A stretch of DNA of 64,000 bases, from IMG/VR virus record IMGVR_UViG_3300032266_001600, positions 7,998-71,997 of that record; one strand, written 5' to 3'. This DNA is from a virus (taxonomy: Duplodnaviria; Caudoviricetes). The stretch's first letter is position 1. The number at the start of each line of letters is the position of its first letter. Of the stretch, positions 49,838-59,379 are shown piece by piece. Under the pieces are notes generated by a model, which saw only the letters and a program-made list of their open reading frames with translations, was not told where the DNA came from and made no database searches. The translations under genes and the position numbers were made by a program.

Positions 49838-50500
49838 TTATACTAATGTTAATAGATATTTTAGTTGATTCAATGAAGCAAGGATTTCATCTCTGATATT
49901 TAATAGATCTGAATCTTTGGAAGAATCTAAAATATTAGATAGGCCAATCATAAAATTAATATAAGAATCTGTTAATGTCACAAAATTTGCATCTTTATAA
50001 TTAGCAAGAGTAATATTAAATGTTCCAGCAGCAATTACTCTGCCATATTTACCCATATAGGTTTCAATAAATTCATCAATATTGCCAGAAAGACTACTTA
50101 CGATTTCATCAAATGATTTATGTTGCGAAAATGATTGAGTTTGCCAATGTAAAATTTTATATTGGTGCTGCATTTGCAGCAACATTGTTTGAATTAATTC
50201 GCCGTTCCCATTTAGTTCTGCTTTAACTTCCGAAGTTTTAATTTCTTCGATTTTTATTTCTGGGGCACTTGGTTGTTCGTCAATTTTTACTTCTTCTAAT
50301 TTATTTAAATTTTTAATTTGTTCTGAAAAATCAACTTCAATTTCTGCCTTGCTTTTCTTTTTTGGTTTACGAAAACTATTCAAGCATATGGCAACTTGTT
50401 GTTTATTTTCCATTTCTGGATTATCTTTGTTGATTTTATGCATGCACCTGCCCATATAATCATTTTGTTTTTCATTTATTTTAGGCTGTGGTATAGGCAT
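49838..50500 (-). CDS. Ferritin/Dps-like (DUF5856-like) protein with an N-terminal MPIP..CM motif
   Basis: KILHWQT...QHKSFD...DEFIE...LLNIRDEIL...YLLTL four-helix pattern. Confidence 0.7.
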   Translation of the reverse strand: MPIPQPKINEKQNDYMGRCMHKINKDNPEMENKQQVAICLNSFRKPKKKSKAEIEVDFSEQIKNLNKLEEVKIDEQPSAPEIKIEEIKTSEVKAELNGNGELIQTMLLQMQHQYKILHWQTQSFSQHKSFDEIVSSLSGNIDEFIETYMGKYGRVIAAGTFNITLANYKDANFVTLTDSYINFMIGLSNILDSSKDSDLLNIRDEILASLNQLKYLLTLV

Positions 50501-50508
50501 AGTAAGTA

Positions 50509-50514
50509 TTACAC
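50509..50514 (-). promoter_or_regulatory. GTGTAA motif
   Basis: AAGTGTAATACTTACT-ATG, 8 nt before the start. Confidence 0.6.
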
Positions 50515-50530
50515 TTAAATTAAAATGTAA

Positions 50531-51409
50531 TTACTTATTATTCCTATAAGGTGAATTTAAAATTTCAATTAAATCTTTATTTCTTAATAAAGAATCAAGC
50601 TTTACAGATCCAAAGTATTTTTGGTATTCTTCATCTCGCTCTATGTCCCATAAAGGCTTATCATTCCATCTCTCTACGATTGGAAGGTTTTTTTCTATTC
50701 TTTCTTCATTAATTAATTTTAAATTTTTATTTAAATAAAAACATGGGTTAGAATGAAACCATTGACAAATAAAAGATGTAGGAGTTTTTTTAGCTAAAAA
50801 ATTAAAATATGTTTTAGGATTATTTTCAAATAAAACTATTCTATTGTTTTTAGATTTAATTTGCGTGCATAAACTTTTTTTATTTGGTTCAGAATATAAC
50901 CCAAGAGTTTCTTCTTCGTCGTTGTTTACAAAATATAACATTAATGCGCTTCTAATTATCTTTGTTGATCCAAAAACTTCTGAATCATTTTTATAGTCTT
51001 CATTTTCAATTATCTGAATATTTCGATTATTTTCATTAAAGACGGAACAAATTTGTGCGCCATTTAAAATTTCTTCATTTTCTTTAAAATTTTTTCTTTC
51101 TAAAAATGATGATATATGTAAATAATTGTTTAATTGGATATTAAATATTGAAGATATGAAATTTTTTAACGTTGGTGAAGTTAAAAAATAAAATGGACTA
51201 ATATCATTAAAATGTTTTTCTTTAAAAACATATTCTTTATTATTAAATTTTGAATCTTTTGATTGTTTTTTAAAAATATCTGAAATCCTTTTGTAATGGT
51301 CTTCTGTAAAAAAATCATCTATTATTAATACGTTAAATGGATATTTTATAAATTGAATTTTATAATCCCTATTTATTTCAGGAAAAGATTTAAAAATATC
51401 TTTCTGCAT
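50531..51409 (-). CDS. 2OG-Fe(II) oxygenase-fold protein (prolyl-hydroxylase-like), apparently lacking the metal ligands
   Basis: YPFNVLIIDDFF; RSALMLYFVN; NNRIVLFE; QWFH scaffold present. No HxD; the distal His position reads F. Confidence 0.6.
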   Translation of the reverse strand: MQKDIFKSFPEINRDYKIQFIKYPFNVLIIDDFFTEDHYKRISDIFKKQSKDSKFNNKEYVFKEKHFNDISPFYFLTSPTLKNFISSIFNIQLNNYLHISSFLERKNFKENEEILNGAQICSVFNENNRNIQIIENEDYKNDSEVFGSTKIIRSALMLYFVNNDEEETLGLYSEPNKKSLCTQIKSKNNRIVLFENNPKTYFNFLAKKTPTSFICQWFHSNPCFYLNKNLKLINEERIEKNLPIVERWNDKPLWDIERDEEYQKYFGSVKLDSLLRNKDLIEILNSPYRNNK

Positions 51410-51449
51410 ATTATATTATTTATAATATATATTTAAAAGTCTAATTTTT

Positions 51450-52346
51450 TTAAAAAGATCCCAAAAAGAACAAATTAGCTACTATTAAAGTGACACCAAA
51501 ATGTCCCAGTCTTAAAAAAACTATAGTTCCAAGATGAAAAAGTATAGCCAAACAAACCCCATATATTCTTAAGTTTGAAATCATGTATAAAAATAAAATT
51601 GAATATTCTCCTATGACAACTAAATAGCTAGATAAAAGAGATATCCTATTTTTAGTTAAAATATTTACATATATATTTCTAATAAATTTTGGGAAAAAAA
51701 ACTCATCTACTCTGCTCCAATTTTTATTAACTAAAGAAAATGGCAGAGCCATTCCACTTTTCCATGAGTCGTCCTCTATTTTATGCCATGATGAAAATAT
51801 GTAACATGTACATAAAGCTATTTGAATAATTCTAAAACTCCAAGCATCTACTGTTAAAGAATTCGACGAAATTCCTAAATAACTATCTAAAGAATATTTA
51901 GCACCAGTATCTACAAGCATTAAGGAAAATATTATTAGTTTAGCAAAAATATCTCCTGCGCAACCATTAATAAGAGAGACTCTTTGGGATAATGATATAA
52001 AACATAAAAAAAATAAAAATCCAGAAATATTTGTCAAAAATCCAACTGTAGAAAATGCTCCAAAAACAAAAAAACCAAAAAATAAAAATTTATGAAATAT
52101 ATTAGAGTTAGCTAGATTATTAAAATACAAAAGGTATCCAAAACTATTATGTTTACTAAAATTTGTATAATGAGACCAGGCTTCTTTATTAAAAATGCCA
52201 TTTGGCTTAGAAAACAAATAAAAATCTTTAAATCTATAAACCCAATGCGATACAATCCAACCATAGCTTATAACTCTTAAAAAAGCTGCAATTTCAGAAT
52301 TTATTTTATAATTAAAAAAGAAATTATATATATTTTCTAAAGTCAT
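51450..52346 (-). CDS. HTTM-domain membrane protein (SdpB / vitamin-K-dependent carboxylase-like), copy B
   Basis: AAFLR; AGDIF; DTGAKYSLD; DAWSFRIIQ; YIFSSWHKIEDDSWKSG; FHLG; multiple TM helices. Confidence 0.8.
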   Translation of the reverse strand: MTLENIYNFFFNYKINSEIAAFLRVISYGWIVSHWVYRFKDFYLFSKPNGIFNKEAWSHYTNFSKHNSFGYLLYFNNLANSNIFHKFLFFGFFVFGAFSTVGFLTNISGFLFFLCFISLSQRVSLINGCAGDIFAKLIIFSLMLVDTGAKYSLDSYLGISSNSLTVDAWSFRIIQIALCTCYIFSSWHKIEDDSWKSGMALPFSLVNKNWSRVDEFFFPKFIRNIYVNILTKNRISLLSSYLVVIGEYSILFLYMISNLRIYGVCLAILFHLGTIVFLRLGHFGVTLIVANLFFLGSF

Positions 52347-52903
52347 AATTTTTCAGTAATTTTGGGTATTTCTTCTCCGTCTTTCCAATGCATATAAGTA
52401 AAATATCTCATATATGGATGTCTAGATAAATCATGCATATAATCTTTTTCTGATCCACTTTGCAAGCTTATTGTTTCTATTTTGATTTCTAAAACTTTAA
52501 TATTTCTAAGTTTATAAAATTCAAAAACTCTATTTATAAGGTTTCCGTATATTAATTTTGAAAATAATTCTTCATTCAAATTATGAACAAGTAATACCAT
52601 AGTATTATCTGAGTGTATTTTAAAAAAAGGAATTGACCTTCTATCTCTAACAAGATACCAGCAGCAATCTCCTTGAGATGTTTTTGCGGTGATCCTGATA
52701 TCTCTACTTTGTTCTTTTACATTAGTGAAAACCCCCCAATATCCAAAAAATCCAGTTGAGGAAAAAAAAGTTTCAATTTTTTTCATTAAAAAAAAATTTA
52801 ATTTAAATAAATTAATAAGCGGATTTGTAAAAATGACTCCGCCTATTATGTAAAATAGTATGATAAATAATTTAAAATAAAAAATTATTTCTGTAAAAAA
52901 CAT
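52343..52903 (-). CDS. SdpA/DUF5819-like partner, copy B
   Basis: N-terminal TM helix, then GYWGVF (WxLF-type motif); translationally coupled to the HTTM gene. Confidence 0.5.
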   Translation of the reverse strand: MFFTEIIFYFKLFIILFYIIGGVIFTNPLINLFKLNFFLMKKIETFFSSTGFFGYWGVFTNVKEQSRDIRITAKTSQGDCCWYLVRDRRSIPFFKIHSDNTMVLLVHNLNEELFSKLIYGNLINRVFEFYKLRNIKVLEIKIETISLQSGSEKDYMHDLSRHPYMRYFTYMHWKDGEEIPKITEKL

Positions 52904-53523
52904 AAATTATTGTGATTTATTATTTTAAAATTATTCTCTTTTGCGAATGAATCAATAAATTTTTTAATTTCATCATAATTTTTATGAAATAAGCAAATCG
53001 CTCCTGTTTTAGATAAAATTGAAGAATATAATTCTATTATTAATTTTACTTCTTGCCAAGTAAACCTTAACGTATTAATATAAATAAAATCTGGAAATTC
53101 TCCTGAACCCTTTAATTTAGTGAACCATGTTAATGGTGTATGTCTACATGGTATAATGTAATTATGTAGATTTCTATCTTTTATGTTGAAAAGAAATGCA
53201 TTAAATTCTTCATCTGCGCTAAATCTGTTATCATACATCGTGACTGAATCCCATGTACCAAGCCATGGATCTATAGAGTAGATTTTAAAAAAATTTTTGT
53301 TTCTAAGGAGCGTTTCGCAAATTTGAACTTCAATTAATCCATAGCCAACTCCAATATTAAATATTGTTTTAGGATTTATTTTTTCTATGAAATGTCGTAA
53401 TTTTTCATTGTCTTCTGGGAGTGGCTCGTATGATATATGGTAGAGTCCATATTTTGGATGGATTTTTTTTGCATATTTATAGTAATCTGGATGAGGATAA
53501 TAATGTGGTATTAGATATTTCAT
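52885..53523 (-). CDS. Methyltransf_24-like protein with degenerate motifs
   Basis: FNIGVGYG (usually E-x-G); IDPWLG; FIYINTLR (usually IDxxH). Confidence 0.6.
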   Translation of the reverse strand: MKYLIPHYYPHPDYYKYAKKIHPKYGLYHISYEPLPEDNEKLRHFIEKINPKTIFNIGVGYGLIEVQICETLLRNKNFFKIYSIDPWLGTWDSVTMYDNRFSADEEFNAFLFNIKDRNLHNYIIPCRHTPLTWFTKLKGSGEFPDFIYINTLRFTWQEVKLIIELYSSILSKTGAICLFHKNYDEIKKFIDSFAKENNFKIINHNNLCFLQK

Positions 53524-53557
53524 ATCTATAGATAATATTTAATAAATAATATTATAT

Positions 53558-54442
53558 CTAATAAAAATATTGATTCAAGAAATAGAGCAAAGCTATAATT
53601 GCTGTGCTTCCAAAATAATCAATTTTAAAAAATATAATAATTGATAGATGCATTAGCGTAAAAAATATCAAAGCTAGTAATCTTGTTTCTGAAAATATAA
53701 ATAAAAGTGGGGCAAAATATTCAAAATAGACCGTAGATTTAGTTAAAAATGTTAATATAAATTTATTATTTTGTATAATTAATTTATAAAAATATTTCAT
53801 TAAGGATCTGGATATTGAAGAATTCATAAAAACGTATCTTAATACATTTCCATCTTGCCATGTTTTATCTGAACCTTTTGAAACAGTAGAAATAAAATAT
53901 ACATAAGGCATTGTAACTTGAACGATCCTTGCACCCCAGCCGTCCACCAAATTAATATTAGAACTAATTCCAATTAGTTGATCCAATGAGTACTGAGACC
54001 CACAATCAATAAACACTAAAGGAAATAAAATTAATTTTTCTATAACATATCCATTATTAATTAAAATTGGATGAGCTCTATGACTAATGGATATATATAA
54101 TATAAAAAATATTGCTAAAGAAATATTTGTAAATAAACCAACTAAAGATAAAATTCCAAATAAAAAGAATAAATACAAAATAACTTTACTAAGTATTTTA
54201 GAGTTTTTTGCAAAATCAAATAATGTAAAAAAATCTAAAGGTATATCACTGTGTGTTTTTAAATTTTTCCATACTTTATAATTCAATATACCCAATGGAT
54301 TAGTAAAATTTTTAATATCATCCCAAGAAGCAAGAACCATAAAGATAAAATAACTGGTCACGCTAATTCTTAAGAAAGCTGCAAAAGAACTATGAATTTT
54401 ATATTCAAATAAAAAATTATTAATTAATTCTATTGCGCTCAT
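53558..54442 (-). CDS. HTTM-domain membrane protein (SdpB / vitamin-K-dependent carboxylase-like), copy A
   Basis: AAFLR; DCGSQYSLD; DGWGARIVQ; VYFISTVSKGSDKTWQDG; MHLS. Confidence 0.8.
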   Translation of the reverse strand: MSAIELINNFLFEYKIHSSFAAFLRISVTSYFIFMVLASWDDIKNFTNPLGILNYKVWKNLKTHSDIPLDFFTLFDFAKNSKILSKVILYLFFLFGILSLVGLFTNISLAIFFILYISISHRAHPILINNGYVIEKLILFPLVFIDCGSQYSLDQLIGISSNINLVDGWGARIVQVTMPYVYFISTVSKGSDKTWQDGNVLRYVFMNSSISRSLMKYFYKLIIQNNKFILTFLTKSTVYFEYFAPLLFIFSETRLLALIFFTLMHLSIIIFFKIDYFGSTAIIALLYFLNQYFY

Positions 54443-54983
54443 TTTCTTTTTTCCATGTATATATTATTTTTTTAACATCGCTATGCGGAAGCCTTGTTCC
54501 TCTTATTATTCTATTATTTACATAATTAAAATCTTCTGTATCCATATATAGTAATAATGATTCTATTTTTAATTCTAATAATTCATCTCCTTTAGATAAA
54601 AAATATTTTTGTAAATGCATTTTGTAGAAATAGTTTAAATATATTCTATTTTGTCTGACATATATTTGCGCAAGATTGGCTCTAGATGTCGAGCTTTTTA
54701 TAGTAAAATTACCTATCGTCCTGTCTCTTGCTAAATACCAAACATGGTTTATTTTTTTGGTTTTAGCTGTAATTTTAAGATCATATCCAAACGGTTGTAA
54801 ACCATTAAAAAGTCCCCACTCTCCTATAAAATTAGATTGTTTATAAATAAAAAATAATAAAGATTTATAATATTTTTTAAAAATTACATGATGCTTACTA
54901 GTGCAAAAAAGTCCAAAAAAATAATATATACTATAAGTAATTTTAAAACCTAAAATAATTTTTAATATAATTAAATCTATCAT
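54420..54983 (-). CDS. SdpA/DUF5819-like partner, copy A
   Basis: N-terminal TM helix; GEWGLF; paralogue of 52343-52903 (ITAKT...WYL.RDR). Confidence 0.5.
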   Translation of the reverse strand: MIDLIILKIILGFKITYSIYYFFGLFCTSKHHVIFKKYYKSLLFFIYKQSNFIGEWGLFNGLQPFGYDLKITAKTKKINHVWYLARDRTIGNFTIKSSTSRANLAQIYVRQNRIYLNYFYKMHLQKYFLSKGDELLELKIESLLLYMDTEDFNYVNNRIIRGTRLPHSDVKKIIYTWKKENERNRIN

Positions 54984-55909
54984 ACAGAATATAAAAAATT
55001 ATATTTATTTATAGTTTTATTATAAATTTTATTATCGGTATATTTCCTTGGTCCAGATAAATGTTCATATCCAATTTCTTGATAGACATTACATGTGGAT
55101 TGATTATTTCCTAAATTCCATAAATAAATTGGAATGATTTCTTTTACATGTAAATTATGAGTATTGCTAAATTCTACGATTTGAACTTGTTCTAGTATGC
55201 AGTTTATATTAACTTTTACCCCTTTTTGCATCTTATATGGAGAATGAAGTTTTTTTAAATTTAAATATGCGTCAAGGCATGATTTATTTTCTAATATATG
55301 ATTATGTAAACTAAAAAATTGGTTTTTAAATAAATTTGTATGCTCTATATTTTTAAAACCTAAAAATCCACAGTTATATGTATAATTATAATTTTTAAGT
55401 AAAACTTGTTTTGCTGGGTTTATTGAAAATAAATCGCAAAATGTATCCAAAGATTTTTGATAAAAAATTTCATAATGTTTTGATGTTTCTTTAGATTGAA
55501 CTAATATGTCCCAATCAGATTCTATTTTCTCTTGAATAAATTTTGTGTTTTCAAAAAAGATATCATGATCAACATGAACAATTCTTTTATCGCTTTCTTG
55601 TTTGTGAGCTTTATATAAAGCCAAAATTTTTGCTGAACTCCACAATATAGGCGAACTTTTTTGATTTAAAATTTCTAAATCTGTTTTTATTTCGTCATAC
55701 TTTGTTTCGGACCCCATTAAATTACTACCTATTTTATCCGTATAAAGGGTCACTGGATATCCCATGCTTTTGAATATCTTGGCTCCTGTTTTATAAAATT
55801 CAATGGTCTTTTTTAGGGCGTCCGAATTTATTTGATCATCATTTAGTCCATACAATACCCCTTCTGTAAAGGGCTTGGTCCAAAATGACTGAATAATCTT
55901 AGTTTGCAC
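54980..55909 (-). CDS. DUF6734-like GT-A fold protein
   Basis: KIIQSFWTKP; LYTDKIG; LWSSAKI; VHVDHDIF; NCGFLG; EQ; YEHL. Confidence 0.7.
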   Translation of the reverse strand: MQTKIIQSFWTKPFTEGVLYGLNDDQINSDALKKTIEFYKTGAKIFKSMGYPVTLYTDKIGSNLMGSETKYDEIKTDLEILNQKSSPILWSSAKILALYKAHKQESDKRIVHVDHDIFFENTKFIQEKIESDWDILVQSKETSKHYEIFYQKSLDTFCDLFSINPAKQVLLKNYNYTYNCGFLGFKNIEHTNLFKNQFFSLHNHILENKSCLDAYLNLKKLHSPYKMQKGVKVNINCILEQVQIVEFSNTHNLHVKEIIPIYLWNLGNNQSTCNVYQEIGYEHLSGPRKYTDNKIYNKTINKYNFLYSV

Positions 55910-55958
55910 AATATATTATATAAATTTATATATAAAAAATAAATTTTTTATTCAAGTA

Positions 55959-55964
55959 GTGTAA
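55959..55964 (+). promoter_or_regulatory. GTGTAA motif
   Basis: AGTGTAATCTATTAT-ATG, 8 nt before the start. Confidence 0.6.
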
Positions 55965-55972
55965 TCTATTAT

Positions 55973-56185
55973 ATGAAAAAATTAATATATATTGGATCTC
56001 AACATGTCAGCGTTATGGATAAGCGTAAAAACCGTACAGTTTACAATGTAGATAAAAATACAAAAATAAATTTAAATGGCAAAGAATTGAAAGATTTGAC
56101 TCTTGCAAAAATGGGTTGGAATGTTGATATTGTTTTAGATGAAAATAATCCTGATTTAGCCATACTTGTGAATATACTTAATTAA
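55973..56185 (+). CDS. Small beta-rich (OB-like) hypothetical protein
   Basis: 70 aa; TKINLNG...L..L..GWNVDI. Confidence 0.55.
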   Translation: MKKLIYIGSQHVSVMDKRKNRTVYNVDKNTKINLNGKELKDLTLAKMGWNVDIVLDENNPDLAILVNILN

Positions 56186-56203
56186 TAAATTTTTTATATT
56201 AAT

Positions 56204-56278
56204 ATGACTATGGCTAGCGGATTAATTTGCGTTGCAATTTTTGTTTATATATTTTATATTATTGAAAGATTAAAGTAA
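56204..56278 (+). CDS. Possible 24-aa hydrophobic microprotein (MTMASGLICVAIFVYIFYIIERLK)
   Basis: Fills the gap between convergent genes; below the ORF-track size cut-off; single TM-like stretch. Confidence 0.3.
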   Translation: MTMASGLICVAIFVYIFYIIERLK

Positions 56279-56279
56279 A

Positions 56280-56780
56280 TTAATGTTTGCCCATTAGAAT
56301 TTTTACTCTTACAATTTCTTTAGGAAAATCATTTTCATATCTAGGTTTATTAACTATTTTATCCGCAATTTCTAGTCCTTCTATAACTTCTGCAAATATG
56401 GTATAATTATTATCTAAATGTCTGCCGTCTCCAACAAAAATACAAAATTGAGAACCATTTGAATCTTTGTTTGGATTAATAGAATCATCTGCTCGCCCAG
56501 CATTTATTACTCCTCTTATATGTTTTTTATTTATATTTATTTCGTGTGGTATAGTATAACCACAATCAATTGGCCCCCATGGTGGTTTCATATCTGAACG
56601 AGTATTTGGATCACCAATTTGTATTACAAAATTTGGAACTAATCTATGAAAAAACATATTATCATAGAACTTTTCTTCTACTAATTTTTTAAAATTTTTA
56701 CAATGATTTGGCGCATTAAGATAATCTAATTGAATTATTATATTGCCTTCGGTAGTAATAATTGTAGCAAAATTATCCAC
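56280..56780 (-). CDS. Cyclophilin-type peptidyl-prolyl cis-trans isomerase
   Basis: APNHCKNF; FYDNMFFHRLVPNFVIQIGDP; NGSQFCI; LDNNYTIF. Confidence 0.95.
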   Translation of the reverse strand: MDNFATIITTEGNIIIQLDYLNAPNHCKNFKKLVEEKFYDNMFFHRLVPNFVIQIGDPNTRSDMKPPWGPIDCGYTIPHEININKKHIRGVINAGRADDSINPNKDSNGSQFCIFVGDGRHLDNNYTIFAEVIEGLEIADKIVNKPRYENDFPKEIVRVKILMGKH

Positions 56781-56806
56781 CCTATATTATATAAAATTAA
56801 TATAAA

Positions 56807-59293
56807 TTATCTAACCCAATATCTAATAATTGATGGATTAAGATTATAGTCATCTTCATCAGTAAATCCAGGAGGTTGATTATTTTCATTCCAATCCCAT
56901 CTTATTGAACTGCTATTACTGCTTATCCAATTAGCTGTGAACCCTTGGTTATTGACTTGAGTATTTTTTATTAAATTACCATCTATTCTATTGCCATCTA
57001 TGCTAGTTGTAATTGCTCCAATTTGATCGCTATGCCAGGGCATTCTTATTCCTCCGTCTGTAAAACTAAAATATGGTTGACCTGGAGGAGTTTCACCATT
57101 TGGACCATTTTCACTAGTAAATCCTATAAATGGTATATCGCATGTAACATTTGTTTGAGTATTGTCCATGTTTACAAAACTGTAATTTCCATTAGCTGTA
57201 TATATACCTCCATAATGTCTTTTTTCTTGCATATATGGAGCTTGAGAATCAATCATATATTGAAATCCGCTAGGTGATTTTTTAATATAATCTGCCCAAT
57301 CAATTATGCTATAATTATCATCGCCATCTTCAACTGGGAAATTACCTACGATTACGTTGCCAATTTTAACGGTCCTTGCCCATCTCGTATCATCTGGGTT
57401 TATTGGAGGATTATATTCATTTCTTAAAATGCTATTCTCATAAGTCCATCCTATGTTTGCGTTGTTAAGCATTATTAATGTCCAGCCACCGCCATCTGTT
57501 GTCATGTCAGCGTAAATTTGAAAAGGTTGATTATCGTCAATATTAGGATTTTGAATCCAATATATACCATCTGGACTTAAAGGAAAATCTCTTTTAATTT
57601 GATAAGCGCTACTTCCTGCTTGTCCTGGGCTTTGACCATTTGGTTCTGGAGAATCAATTATTTGATTAAAAACATAAAGTGAATCATCTAATCTCAAAGT
57701 TTGTCTTTCATTTTTTGGAGTTCTTCTAGCTATTCTTCCTAAACTGCTTAAATATACATATGATCTTTCTTTTACAATGGTTGGATTTACAATATTTTGA
57801 AAATCTTTATAAATATTTAAAGCTTGTTCTTCTGATAATTTAAAATTCCAAATTCCAACTTCATCTATGACTGCATTTATTGGATGTGCATAATTATATT
57901 CTCCATCATATAAAAAAGAAGACAAAGTAAAAACATTCCAAATTGAACCATCACCATTGTTTCCTGTATGTGTAGTTTTTTTCCCATTAACATAAATATC
58001 ATATACATATGTGTCTGGATAAGTTTCTTGCGGAGCACTGCTAAGTGTTACTATTACATTATACCAAATATCAAGTTTTATTTCTCCAAGATCAATACCT
58101 AAGCCTTTGTTCTCATCAAAAAATCTAAGACGACGACCATCTTTGCTTATATAAAGACTTATTAAATCTGATCCGTATGTTCCCCAAATTGCTGGATCAT
58201 CTGATGCATCTGGGCTTCCGCTGTAATCAAAACTTAAAAGTTTAAAACAACAAGATACTGAAAAATTATTTCCTGGTGAAATTCTTCTATTTTCTAAACA
58301 TTTCCATCTGTCGCTGTATGTTTGACCAGTAAAATATGCGCCTTTTTTACTTATTCCTGTGGTTGATGTCACTTCTGCGTCAATAAATGGATAAATTCTT
58401 GCTGTTCTATTGTTATAAATAGCTGATACTTCTATAGAAGTTAAAGCTCTTCTCCATAAACCTATTTCATCAAGATATCCTCTAGATGAAAAAAGATCAT
58501 CGTCATCGCCTTGAATTAATACATTCCCATTCAATCCTCCAAATATAAGAGTAGGAGATATCTCTCCAAAACCTATGCTTGTTCCTTGTAAAGCTGCGTC
58601 TATATACCACTTTATAGTTTTACCATCGTAAGTTAAAACAACATTATGCCAATTATTGTCATCAAGATTTACATTGCTATCAAGAACTTTAGTTAAAGTT
58701 CCATTTACTGCTCCTCCCCAACCATTTACTAAAAGTAGTTCGAATTTCATATTTCTTTTTGGATTAGTTGGTGTTCCTATTTCAACTAATCTTATTTCAA
58801 ATTTACCGTTAGATGGGACACCTTGGGGTTGATTAGATACAACGGTTGGAGCAGGTGTATAATTTGGCGAAAATTTATACCAAAAAGATAAAGAAAAATT
58901 GCCACCATTAAAATTAGAAAAATTACTCGCACAGTATTTTGATCCTCCTAAAATTATTGATCTACCACCTCCGCCAACATAATAATTTGCATCTAGATTT
59001 GGATATTGCCAAGTAGCATTTGTATTATTTTGATTAATAAAATTTGGGATATAAGATAAGTAATCTTGATTATCCACGGTTACTAAACTGCTAAATCTTC
59101 TAAATTGAGGAAGAGTGTTTGGCTGATTTGCAGTAAATTCATTTTGAAAATTCCAATAAGCTACTAATTGATCATTAAGATTTACTGGCACAGTTAATTC
59201 ATATCCATTATTTGTGGCATCTTGTCTTGTGCCTTTGGTCTCTTCTAATTTCCAATAAGCTAACGGATTGTACATTATATTTGCAGTTGGCAT
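56807..59293 (-). CDS. Virion-type protein with two LamG domains and a fibrinogen-like C-terminal domain
   Basis: LVAYWNF; DDNNWHNVVLTYDG; LDEIGLWRRAL; IDEVGIWN; DGIYWI...YADMTTDGGGWTLIM. Confidence 0.85.
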   Translation of the reverse strand: MPTANIMYNPLAYWKLEETKGTRQDATNNGYELTVPVNLNDQLVAYWNFQNEFTANQPNTLPQFRRFSSLVTVDNQDYLSYIPNFINQNNTNATWQYPNLDANYYVGGGGRSIILGGSKYCASNFSNFNGGNFSLSFWYKFSPNYTPAPTVVSNQPQGVPSNGKFEIRLVEIGTPTNPKRNMKFELLLVNGWGGAVNGTLTKVLDSNVNLDDNNWHNVVLTYDGKTIKWYIDAALQGTSIGFGEISPTLIFGGLNGNVLIQGDDDDLFSSRGYLDEIGLWRRALTSIEVSAIYNNRTARIYPFIDAEVTSTTGISKKGAYFTGQTYSDRWKCLENRRISPGNNFSVSCCFKLLSFDYSGSPDASDDPAIWGTYGSDLISLYISKDGRRLRFFDENKGLGIDLGEIKLDIWYNVIVTLSSAPQETYPDTYVYDIYVNGKKTTHTGNNGDGSIWNVFTLSSFLYDGEYNYAHPINAVIDEVGIWNFKLSEEQALNIYKDFQNIVNPTIVKERSYVYLSSLGRIARRTPKNERQTLRLDDSLYVFNQIIDSPEPNGQSPGQAGSSAYQIKRDFPLSPDGIYWIQNPNIDDNQPFQIYADMTTDGGGWTLIMLNNANIGWTYENSILRNEYNPPINPDDTRWARTVKIGNVIVGNFPVEDGDDNYSIIDWADYIKKSPSGFQYMIDSQAPYMQEKRHYGGIYTANGNYSFVNMDNTQTNVTCDIPFIGFTSENGPNGETPPGQPYFSFTDGGIRMPWHSDQIGAITTSIDGNRIDGNLIKNTQVNNQGFTANWISSNSSSIRWDWNENNQPPGFTDEDDYNLNPSIIRYWVR

Positions 59294-59301
59294 ATAATAT
59301 A

Positions 59302-59307
59302 TTACAC
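59302..59307 (-). promoter_or_regulatory. GTGTAA motif
   Basis: AAGTGTAATATATTAT-ATG, 8 nt before the start. Confidence 0.6.
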
Positions 59308-59379
59308 TTGTTTGATTTAAATTTTATTTTTAGTAAAAAGGTTTAATTGAAAAAATGAACAGCGGTGATGGTGAGAAGG

